Assembly (NCBI GenBank): GCA_964035545.1 | Contig: OZ037771.1 | Location: forward strand, 1,437,628 to 1,501,627 | Direction: 5' to 3' | Length of the DNA stretch: 64,000 bases | DNA from: Bugula neritina | Lineage: Eukaryota; Animalia; Bryozoa | Shown here: in pieces, positions 1-12,500 of the stretch | Position numbering within the stretch: the first letter of the stretch is position 1 | Layout of the letters: each line of letters starts with the position of its first letter | Program-made: the position numbers and the translations under genes | Notes under the pieces: model-generated | The model's input: only the letters and a program-made list of their open reading frames with translations | What the model was told of the DNA's origin: nothing | Database searches by the model: none

Positions 1-14
1 GAATCTATATTTAG

Positions 15-2769
15 AATGCCTCACAGAATTCGTAATCGAATTGGACGAAGAAAAGATCGAAACGTTGAGGAACTGGAGTGGGATGAGTATGAGATGGGAG
101 AGCGCAGCATCCCACCTCCTATTTCAGAGCTCAATGGGTGGCAGTTTAGTACAGATGACGAGCAGGTTAGTTATCATTGTGATAGAATTGACAACTCCTT
201 ATGTTGAATGTCTGAATAAGAGACAAATACATGCTGTTGAATTATGTTTACTTAGTTATGTTCAAAGACACTCTTTATACTTAGCTTAAACTTAAATTAT
301 ACCAAGTCTAGAATTTTTTCCACAAGTGTGCGACGAGATACTAGAAAACAGGAAATTTCTTTTATACTACTATCATTCAATAGAATACGATTTTATATTC
401 ACCTCTCTATCTATGAGCTTTAAATTAAAGCATGGCCTATTGAAAAAACACATAAGCAAGGCATATTTTTATTGAATATTTAACGGAGTTTGAATCATCT
501 ACACCATTATCTATTTATAGCATAACATGCTGCCTCCACCACTTGATGAACTGATGCTGCCTTCAGATCACTCTGAGAGAGGCAGTGACAGCGACTTGCA
601 TGATGTCAGAGAAGCTATCCACAACGCCATGGACTCAGTAAACAGGTGAGTTCCCATGCAGGGTGGCATTACTTGGCAGGTTATTTAGAGTAGACTATGA
701 CAATACATAGCAGGTTAGTTAGCATGCATTGTGACAATACATAGCAGGTTAGTTAGCATGCATTGTGACAATACATAGCAGGTTAGTTAGCATGCATTGT
801 GACAATACATAGCAGGTTAGTTAGCATGCATTGTGGCAATACATAGCAGGTTAGTTAGCATGCATTGTGGCAATACCTAGCAGGTTAGTTAGCATGCATT
901 GTGACAATACATAGCAGGTTAGTTAGCATGCATTGTGGCAATACATAGCAGGTTAGTTAGCATGCACTGTGACAATACATAGCAGGTTAGTTAGCATGAA
1001 TAATGGCAATACTTGTATTAACTGCTTACCCTCTACACTTTCCCACCAAAACAAAGCTGGCTTTTACTTTATATTGATTAATAATAATTTAAAATGCTTT
1101 CTATAACAGCTATAATAACATATTGTATTTATTTATTACCCTTCATTTGCTATACTTATCATTATCCAGGTTATATAGATATTTTTAGTTAATACTTGTG
1201 TCTTTCAGTAAAACTTTGTGTTTGATTCAGTGGACTAGTGTTTGATTTGATAAGCTGTGGTATGTTGGAAAAAATAATTCTAAAAATATTTTTTACATAT
1301 TCATGATAATTTAATACAATTAATTAGAGATAAAGTAGACTTGAGTTGATTTTAAAAGAAATATATTAGTGACTCCACTAAAATACATAAAGTTTCTATA
1401 ATTTTCTATAAGTTTCCCTTTTTGACTGAAGCACATATACTGTGGTAACACATAGTCTAAATCATGGCCTTTGTGTTATATAGTATATTAACAAGGTAAA
1501 TATGCATGCTCATTGTTATCATTTTCACAAGATATCTATGTTATATTGCACTGTGGGCCTTCTTCATTGATTGTGGACTACACCAACAAGAAGCTTTAGT
1601 TTATTGTTTTAAAATTAAGCATTTCAAGCCTGTAAATTTGACACAGTGCATTTGAGAGCATTTCAAGATATGTTATAATATCATGCTGGTAACTTCCTTA
1701 GACTATAAAATTCAGAGAGCAATTGTGGTGTGGCAGCTATATTTTAAACCTTTTTCACTTACGAGGTTTTTCATAATTCTGTAAGACAGAAAATAATCAA
1801 AAAGGTTTCAGTAACACCTTGACTAATAATCATTATTATTATTAATAGTTGTAATTACAATTACCAATAAAAATTATTGCCATATTATTGTTATTGTCAT
1901 CATTATTGATTGCTATTACCGTCAATAATTACTATTATTGTCATTATTAATGACCATTATTGTCGTTATTAATTAACATTATTGCCATTATTAATGCGCA
2001 TTATTATATTGCATGTGTGTACACTATATTTCAGAGATGCCAAGGGATTCTACAGATTAGTATCAGGGCAAGTTTTTGATTTATCTGCACCTGGTGTTGG
2101 GTGGTCTGCAAGCTTTTAACTGGGCATTTTTTATAAAGCTTCACACTCTTTGCTTTTATATACAGTCTTCATATACAATATTTATGCACAATCTTCATAT
2201 CATACTTACTTTTGATTATTGCTTGAAATAATGCAGCAATTGTGTTACAATTTTTAAACAGATAATAGTTTTCTATAAGTAACTTTTCAACCAACTGGTA
2301 GAGTATAAGATAACACTGCTGAGCCAGGTTATTCTATCAGTTGAATCACAATTTTGCAGGTTTAAAATAGGAATGATGGCAAAATATGGCAATGATAAAT
2401 CAATACCAAATATGGAAATGTTGAAAAATTTTTAGCCCATGCAGTTTCTTATAATTCTGGCTGATTTTTTGTTCAATTCAACCAAATCAGTTATTCTTTT
2501 AGTATCAGATTAAATAGATTTTATTTAAAGATGATGTGAAACATTTTTCCTTTATGTACTCCAATAGTGAGGCTTCACCGGTTCTGAATGGGGCGGAGGC
2601 AAGAAACCCGGAGTCCCCTCATGACGACGGCTACGAAACCGGAGTGGTACTAAATGGGCATCTCACTCAAAGCTCACCTACTTCAAAGTTGTCTTCCCCG
2701 CCTGTTGCCCCTAAACCAGGTGGAGGCGGGGCCAAATTTGGAAGCAGCAGGTATATTTGGGTAACATAA
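15..2769 (+). CDS. 3' exons of an unidentified gene (partial): low-complexity acidic/Pro-rich, probably cytoplasmic region
   Basis: Phase-consistent GT-AG exons 15-165 (..RNVEELEWDEYEMGE..), 521-645 (HNMLPPPLDELMLPSDHSERGSDSD..) and 2568-2769 (..DDGYETG..PPVAPKP..RYIWVT*). An alternative donor at 2751 is in frame with the acceptor at 3496. Confidence 0.6.
643..1012 (+). repeat. 34-bp intronic minisatellite (CAGGTTAGTTAGCATGCATTGTGACAATACATAG), about 11 units
   Basis: Direct periodicity. The first, degenerate unit begins at the real exon end CAG|GTGAGT (643), exactly 34 nt before the next CAG|GT (677). Confidence 0.95.
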
Positions 2770-3503
2770 TGACTTATCAATAACATATACAGTAACAAGA
2801 TGTTGCAAAGCTGCATTCATTGTCAAAGGCAGTTCTGTCAACCATACATAATTCTTTTTTAATTGGAGTTTAGACACAAACATTTTTTTATTCAGTCTCA
2901 GGATATAAAAAGGCTAAAAGTGGTGACTTCTGTGAAGGCTAGCAGGTTTAGCAATATATACAGTTACTTGTATATTTGAAGTTTAATTTAACAGATGATA
3001 TCTTATTCCTATGCCTTATTTGCTGCCAGTATTGAGTGATCGTTATAAGTAATTAGGAATAGATAAATAACATAATATTACCCAGATATACATAAAAGGT
3101 GATGTTTGTTAGTATATGGTAGACTAATATATTTGTTCAAAGGGATTTTCTTTTAAATATTTTGATGTTTACTCCAAAACGAACAAACATTCAACTAGAC
3201 TGAGCATCTAATTGCTGCCTCCTCAAATAGAGAGTCTTTATGCTTTGCTAACCTTTTAATTCACTCTACTCATCATGCTTGCATATCTTTACTAATATCT
3301 TCAAATATAATTTTAAAATCATTGCACAGTACAACAAAGTAATAATTCGAAAATCTATTTACTTACAGATTTTAGGAAATATATCACAACGGTCAATGAA
3401 TAATTTAAAAATAGGGATTTTAATGAATATTCTAAAAATACAGCTTATATTAGTGATTACATGATAGAAATACATCTACTAGTAAATATATTGTAGACTT
3501 CCA

Positions 3504-6500
3504 ATGAGCATAGTGATGAGCATAGCACTACTGAGCATAGTGGCTGGGGTCTACGGTGTTTCCAGCACCACCGAAGTCACCATCATAGTGTTTGTACCGG
3601 ACAAGTTCTTTCAAGAAATCAACTTCTTCATAAACGATACGAGCAGAATAGACTTGGACATATCAAGGAGACCTCCAAACACTGAAGTTCATTTGTTTGG
3701 TGAGTTTTGCTATCTGTAAATCAGTTGAAATACTTGAATAAACCTACTTTTTGTTAACTTTATTTGGAAGTTTACAAAATGTCTGTCCATGTGCCTTGCT
3801 GACTATCTCATAACCATCAGTATGATATTACAAATAACTTATTTATAAAAAAGGTAATCAACATACATGCAAAGGTTATTTGCTGACATAAATGAATGTG
3901 AACTAATAAACATGTATCTGAATCTTGTAGATTTGCCTGGTAGGTTATAAAACTGTCAAGTGTTTTTAGGGGAGTTTTTATAGAAATGTATGTGTGGTAA
4001 CATCGCAATGAATATAGTGCCATAGTTTATTTATCTCACTGCATTATGTCATGGCAGACAGTCACAAAACATTGTGTCATGTGACTTTATGTAATGACAG
4101 ATATTGAGATATCATGTCACAACATGTCACAGCATGTCACAGCTTTCATGGCAGGTGCTTGCAGGTATTTTCTCCTATTAAGTCTTTGTATCTTTGAACT
4201 CGATATTCTGAGGAGACAATTCTTAGTAACTCTTGGAATACTGTTGTTTGTTGACGAAATGTCAGCCAATTTTCATAAATATATTGCATGGCTATGGTGT
4301 TTGTTGGTATAGATGTGTACATATGTTAATCTATTGTTGCTCTGTTACACATGTGTGTAAATTTAGAGGTGGTAGATGTGTATGAAGAAAGGATGTACAC
4401 AGGTACATGATATTTGTTCCACAACATCACGTTTCAACAGCTTTGTTATGTTTATTTATTATTTATACCAAATTTAAGTTGGAAAGAATGAGTTGGTTTA
4501 CTTGGGCACACATGAATTTATACACTTTATTGATCAGTGAGCTTGGTAAAATAAGTCAGAAAAACTGCACATCTTATATGTTTTACGCTTCAGACTTTAC
4601 CTATTTTTGGCTCTTTCAAGCAATTTTTTAGCATTCAAGTGTGCAACAAATAATATATTTTAAAAAAGTATTTGATAAAATTTTATATGAATACTTCTAA
4701 GGAATATCAAACTTTTTACCCACTATGAATGCCGTTTGAACTGTAAAAATTTTGATATTGAAGAGGCTTCGGACCCCATCCTGGACAACGTCACCATAAA
4801 TCTGTGTGAACAAGAATCTCGCTGTCAACATGGCTGCAACAGGAAGACGGGAACATGTGCCTGTTCCCATGGTTACATGCTGTTTGAAGAATACAAATGC
4901 GCAGGTAACTGCTACTCTATTCATGCAAGAGCTACCATAACAATTGTAATAAAAAGAATGAGCCGTGTGTCATGGTGTAACTAGTTGAAATTACAAGGTT
5001 CACTAGTTGTCGTGAAGTAGTTTTACTTTGTGAATATTGTTAATTATTGATGAGCTTTAACCAATTTTAACAATATATTACAAACTGTAAAACTATAAGC
5101 TTTTATTTGAGTTGAATAAGCGGAGTTATATGTAAATGTAAATTTTATGGGAATTTGGCTATTTTCTCTATAAGTTTCAGCTTGATGAAGTTAATTAGGT
5201 AACTTGCTAAACAGTTTATATTAAAAGATATTGCTAGTTTTAGCTTTTTGAAAAACAGCTAATAGCTTGCTTAGCTTTTTTAAAGAAATGCTTCACTTAG
5301 TTTTTCTACTTGGGTGGGCTGGTTTAATACTCGAATAAAAAAACATTATTCATATGTGGCCCAGGAACAACTGCAACTGGATGCTCTTCCTACCAATGAC
5401 CTTTACTGGGAATTGAACCTATGACTTCCAGTTGAAGAATTAAAGGAAGTTAGAATAATATCAATAACTAAATGTGCTCCAGTTGGATTCTTCAATAGAT
5501 ATTATTGTAAATCATACATTTCTGTTGGTTACAGATCGAAGTGACTGCCTGTACCTACCATGTTCCCACACTGAGACCTGCACCAACACTATCGGGGGAT
5601 ACACCTGCACGTGCGCACCTGGATATTGGAAAGATTCTTCCGGAACCTGTATATCATGTGATGGATCCAGCTGCCCAACAGGTTGGCTAACATTTTACTT
5701 AGGAGTTATTCTTTCATGATCATATTGAAAAAAAATTAAAGAATAAATATCAAAATATTCTAAATGTAGTTAGAATTTTAAAATGTAATCACTTGTAGTA
5801 TATTGTGCCTTGGTTGTGTCAATTATTTGCTGTTCAAGTGATTAAGCTTAATTACCTGTATTGCAGGAACATATGAGGCGAAAGGCTGTCCAATTAGAGA
5901 ATGTGTCAGCTGCCGTACAAGTTGTCCGGAAGGTCAGTACATCACGGCAGCATGCACAGCCAAGAGCGACACAAAGTGTGCTGACTGTATACCACCCTGC
6001 CAGGATGATGAGTACGAGTATAAACCCTGCACCAGCTTCACTAACCGCAAGTGTAACAATATCAGTGAGCTTCCAGCTGCCCAGGGATCCAGGTATGAAC
6101 TCCTGCTTATAATATACATGTGCTTATTGCCTACATCCTTATAGCTTGACATGCTTAAAACCTACATGCTTATAGCCCACATGCTTATAGTCAGCATGCT
6201 TATATTATACATTCTTATAGCTTATAGGCTTAGAGCTTACACACACTTATAGTCTACATGTGCTTATACTCCACAATATGCTTATAGCATGCATGCCTAT
6301 AACCTATATGCTTATAACCCATATGCTCATAGTCTACATGCTTATAGCTTACACATTACATGCCAACCCTTCACATTTTCTTTTACTGTTGTCGTTTTTT
6401 TTAAAGGCAACTAATTGATAAAGACTTAACTCTGACCTCTCATGCTGCAATTGATTTGTAACCAGTTTTTCACCCATTGCATGTCTTGTGTATGCTTTGT

Positions 6501-9500
6501 ATTTCTATATATGTGTGCCATATCGGTGATGATGGAGCAATATTTTGTCACTCTCTATTTAGTGGTCTGATATTAGAATCTGTGAGTAACAGGAAGAATG
6601 GCATGTCGAGGCCAATCTACACCCCTGTAAGGGGTCTGCAGTTTGATACGGCTTTGATCAGAGGCAGCGGTATCAGTATCCGGGTAAGGGCTGACAAATC
6701 TATGCTCTTTCTTTTTCTAAAAATTGATATATTCGCCCAAAGAAGTCTACCATGTGGTATAAAAAATCTGTACTTAAACAAGATGTATCGTAAGAGTAAC
6801 TTACACACATATAAACTGAGTGTTTGAATGCTTATTGTATTTATAAGCTTGTAAACAGAGTTGTGATAATTCTGATGATACCTATGAGGGGTGCATGTAA
6901 AATTGATGAACATTATATTCAATGCAACTGTTGTGCTCTTAGGTTTCATCATTTTAGTTTATTTGACCTTTATTTGACTCTATCCCTGATGACATTTGAA
7001 CTTAGTTATCTGCCGCTGGAAAGTGTCCAAAAATTGTCATTTTATTTCACTTCTCTTTTGCCAGGTATCTGTCAACTCTGTTAACCTTTACCCGACCTTG
7101 AAGCCTGTGGATCATAAAGACAGCAATGATAATGAGGCATTCATTGAGAACGATGAGCCAGCTACTATTCTCACCACCTACTGCCCCTACCCTCTCCCTC
7201 TTTACTATGAGCTACTGGCTATTGAGCACACCAATGTGACTGCAGCTAAAACACACGACTGCCTTGGTATGTTGTGTTAAGGAATTAATACTTGAGAATG
7301 AGGTTAAGTGTACAAGTTCACATGAGTATATCAAGCTATAGTATCAAAGTATTACTTAAAGTCAGCAACATCTAAATTACTCTAACAAATTAGGATAATT
7401 ATCTGTTTTTACCTTTATTTACTTTGCACATGATTTCATTGAGTAGCCTGGGCTCCTATCTGTCTTGTAGACTGCCCCATTGACCCTCGAAAACCGTGCG
7501 CTACATACAAGAAGTTTGGAACCGAGGCTGCCCTACACCCACACAACAAGAGCATGGTGTGCTCGAGACCGGACAGGCTGGCAGACATGTTCAACCTGAA
7601 TGAGTATCTGTCGGAGTCCAGCTCCATGGTGGTGCAGCCTTCAGAAGAGTGAGTTGAACTCTGAACCTGTCTGCCTGGTTCCACTCTGTTGAATATAGAG
7701 TTTATGAGCTATATTTGTTACTTTATAATTACTAGATAGCTTTCTATAAGTACATATTTGCAACTTTGTTATTGTCCTCTCTCTCATGCTAGATTCAAAG
7801 AGGTAGATGCAGCAATGGAAAAATTGAGAAAAGCCCGTGTTCTAGATTAAAAATGTAGTGAAAGAAGTTATGTTATGCTCAACACCAAAATTTATAAAGA
7901 AATTTAAAGAACTTAGGCTATCTCAATTTCTCTACTACTGCTCCTAAATGGATTCAACAACTGCAATGAGTAGACTATCCTAGTCTTAAAACTCCCAGAC
8001 AGCACTGGGAGGTTTTGAAACTGCTAAAATTATGCATGTGTGTAGTTTTAGAAAATCTTTCATAAACATCTTTAAACTAGAATGTGAACTTTAACTGAAG
8101 ATATTTATGTCTGAGGTTGGACAATGTTGCAGGTGTGCTGTGCTCAAGGACAGGTGTGATGACTGCTCAAGGTCATGTGCTCGGAACATCACCAACCAGA
8201 GGAACACCAACTGCTCCATCACCTCTGAAGATGATGCCAACACCTGGTCCCCTCGTCTTATGTACTGTCAGAACTGCTGCCTGAATAGACTATGCAAGAG
8301 TCTGTGTGAGAACGTACAGAGATGTAAGCCTGTCAGGTGAGGGGATACTTGTTACCTCATGTAGTCAAGTTTATATAAGATATATGTTGATTTTAAATTA
8401 AGTGTAAAAGAACATGCTCATAGCTGTCACAGCACATGCTCATAGCTGTCACCTTATTTCCAGCTGTTGGAGAGGGAATGTCGCTGAGTTTCTTTTAAAT
8501 ACAAAGTTCCCTCAGAAAGACATGGAGTTCTATTGCAATGTAGAACTAGACGAGCGAGTGCCTCTCATATCCCTAGACTATACCGTGTTACACACCAATA
8601 CCGAACTTAAAACTTTCTCAGTCATCATCCAGCAAAATGAGTCCAGTGTACAACAAACATCGTTCAGGTATGACCAGTCTTCGTGAAACGACGTTATGCA
8701 ATACTATCTATAATTGCTTCTTGGCAATTTGATGTTCCAATTTGGCTTCTTTATTTTTAACAGGAAATTTACTTATATTATTTTATCATCATCAGCCACT
8801 GATTAGACTTGGTGTTTTGACTGAGTATTTATGTTTGGGTTTGAAATTATATTTTTCAACAATTTTTTATTAATCACTGTATCACAAAATTGGTCTGTTG
8901 TTGCTATTGTGAAGCTGCAGTATTATTGTTGATTTGTTACTGCTGTGACCGGCCATTGTTACTATAGTGGTCTAATTGTTGCTATGGTGATCTTATTGTT
9001 GCTATGGCTTTGTTGCTATGTTACTATAGTGATGGCCTACTCACAATTGACTACACCACCGGCCTCACTTCTGTGCCGGACCTGATACATGGGGAGGTGA
9101 ACCTGGCCAGTTTTACCACCAGCTACTCTGCCGGGAGATACGCACCTGTCGGCGAGGAGGCTACCAGAGTTCAGGTTTCCAGACTGAACGTGAGGCCTAA
9201 GGATCCCTTCTCTTTCAGCACTAAATGGTGGAGTGAGTAGCCTCAGGTTTATATTTTACTGAACTAAATTAAGGGTACGCTGAAGGGTGCTCATGAAAAG
9301 ATCATCATTTGAAGTTTTCAGGCTTTAAATTTACCTGATCTAAATATACACAAATCAAAATTCTTATTAGTTGCTAATTGCTTTAATTTAACTACAGTGG
9401 TTTTTACATGAAACTACATCTGTTTTATCAATTGGAAAAACCTATTGACAGTTATTTAATGCTACTTCCTTCCACACACAAATTTGCTGTCTATATACTT

Positions 9501-12500
9501 TGCTTTTATTTAATATATCATTATTTGAATGTTGGTTGTAGCCTGTGAAACTCAAAGCCTGCATCCCCATTGTTTATCACTCAATCAGATAAATACCTTC
9601 CTTCTTGCAATATTCTTGCACCCAGCCTGTACCTCCAGTGCTTGTTATTATACTCTATCTGTTTACCCAGTTTGTCATTGTCGTATCCAGGTGATTGTTT
9701 GTCCAATGAAACCATTGCTGGTGGTAAGATGTGCACACAACTTCCCTCGTAGTTTAGAGTGCGTTAGTTTTATTCTTTCCGTTTCTATGTACACTGAATC
9801 TTTCTTTACATTACCCTGAGCTGTACTATATAATCCAAGCTTTTTTGTACAAAAAATTTTAAGGTATTTGAGGCATAATGTTTTTTAATAAACATGCAGT
9901 TTTTAACATATATTTAAACCAAATTGTTCAGCTATAGTTTTCAATGTCACTGAAAATTACAATTTCACTATAGCTGCCTAATATTTAAAATAATCAAGGT
10001 TGAAAACATTAGTTGTATTGCTGACAATTATATGAAATTGCACAGGTAGGTATGGTTTTAATATACATTTCTTTTCACAGAAAAATAAAATAAGTAATGA
10101 AAACATACATGTTTTTAATATTTTTTGCCAGCTGACCTATTTAAAGCTGTGAGGTCATGCTACTTCTACAGCTAATCATTCAACTACTACCAAGATGGCG
10201 TCTAGTGCCATTGGTGTGAATGCTGTGTGTTATTTTCCTATATTAAACTTTTTCTTGTCTACTAAAGTGCATTGTTTAAGGCTTATTATTTTACTCTATG
10301 ATTTATTTGTTTCATTATAATAGTTTTTACTTATTAACTTTTATTTAAAAGTAATATATTTAAATAGAGTTTTGAGCACAAATTGTATGCACTAGTTATA
10401 GAATGTTGTAGTGTCTTGGAATTAGCTAATATGGCATCATACGTTGTCAGCAGTTGGAAATGCTTCTTTCTGCAATGTTCTGCCTTTATTTTTCTTGGTT
10501 ATCAATATCTTATGATGAAGTGCTTTCAAATCTGTTCATTTGTTTATATGTCTATTTTTAAATCAAGCCCTACTAATTATGCTCTTACAACTGCAATTCT
10601 CAATGCTTGTAGAAGAAAAGAACTGCAGTGAGACGATAGTAGACAAGTTTCTGATTGGTGGAGGAGATGAAATCATGTCTGTTCAGAATAATATTAACGT
10701 AACTAGACACGATGACTACATCTACACTCTGTGGAATAAGTAAGTTGCTGTCTGAGCATACCAAAGAGTAAATCACTGGATACATACACTGCCTGGGCAT
10801 ACATAGAATAAAAGTGATATACACACCTCTGTTAGAATACAACTGAACTGCACTTCTTCAATGAGTATAAAAAAGTTATAACTTAATTATTTCAACGTAC
10901 TACAAAATAGATTTAATTGAACATCTTTCATATAATTAAAAGTTTCAGCAACAAAAGTTTATGCATTTACATACAGATTGCTTACAGCTTAGATTTGGCC
11001 AAATATTTAGTTGACTGGAAATACTTTTTTTCAGAAGTCAACAGCCATCCATGAGGTTCAGAATACCTGTGAGCGTCTCAGTCATTAAGAAGTTGTATCC
11101 CCCTACTGCTGTCGACACAAGCAATGTCAATGTCTTAATTAGTAGAGTTTCAGCTGGCTGGAAACTGACTGTAAGCGGGGAGGTCAAGACGTGTCCAGGT
11201 AGTTCTTGAACTTTTGATAAACACAACTAATTTGAAATTGTCTTCAATATTTCAAGTTAAACAGAGTGGCGTTCTCTTAAGGAATTGTCTTCACATATAA
11301 CATTATGTAACAGCTTTGTCTCAGGCACAAATAGGCTGTGTTAGTCTGAGTTGGTTTGAGAGTTGCTTTGCCTTTACACGGTTGTGTTGATCACTTGTTT
11401 GTGAATTACCACTCAGGACTTGGCCTTATTTTATGCATACACAGGGGCCGTAATGTGTAAATAATCCTAATCTAAAATTTTGATATTTAGATTTTGCATC
11501 ACTATTACATTTTCTAGTTTCTTCTATAGGACAAATGTTTAGAACTAATATCACACATGTGATGCGTTGAATTTCTGCTCGAGTTCTACAAGTGTTACTA
11601 TAATTAGGAATTGGTGTTATTACTTATTATAGATCACTATACCTACTGTGAAATATCTACTCTAATGTATTTCATATTAATATTGTTGTTGGTGTACCTT
11701 AGGCTACTTTCTGCTAAAAGTTTGGGAGCTAGAAAAAACGCTCCCTCTTGCAGACTATGAAGTAGCGGCTGGCGCTAAGTCTTCCAAAGATAACTGCAAC
11801 CCTCGTTTCTTTGTAACATTTCACATTGCAGGAGGTGAGTATTACTGGTACTGTGTGTTGATTGGTTAGAAATAACTCAGTGTAGTGACATCGTATATAA
11901 TATACAACAGTCACATGGCTGCAAGCTGTTCATGGGGCTTGTTATACGAGTATGATGTATCATAAACTTTACTTTTATACAAAATTACTTTTATATTATA
12001 CCTACAATAACATTAAGCACATTGAAATATAACTCCAATCAGTTATTAAACCTGTCAAAGGCTTGTCATAAAAGCAGAAAAATGAATAAAAATAATCAAA
12101 CTTTAGACTATTATCTAGTTGATTTATTGTTTAAGTAAAATGTGTATAATATTTTGATCTAACTTATAAAAGTATTAGTACTAAAACTTGACACATGATG
12201 TTCTAGAATAATTGAACAAAATTTTTGAAGCTTACTCAAAGATTTCTAATTGCGTCTTCAGGTGACACTCATCTGGTACAAAGAAAGTTCAGAGTAGAGA
12301 TCGTGGACAAACATGGCCGACGACACTTTACTCTGGCTGAAAGCGACAGACCGCCAGCTATAGAAGTTCCTGTGAAGGAGCCTGGTAAGTTGATTACACA
12401 GCGTACTTACCTCTGTATACTTACCCCTGTATACTTACCTCTGTGTACTTACCTCTGTATACTTACCTCTGTATACTTACCTCTATATACTTACCTCTAT

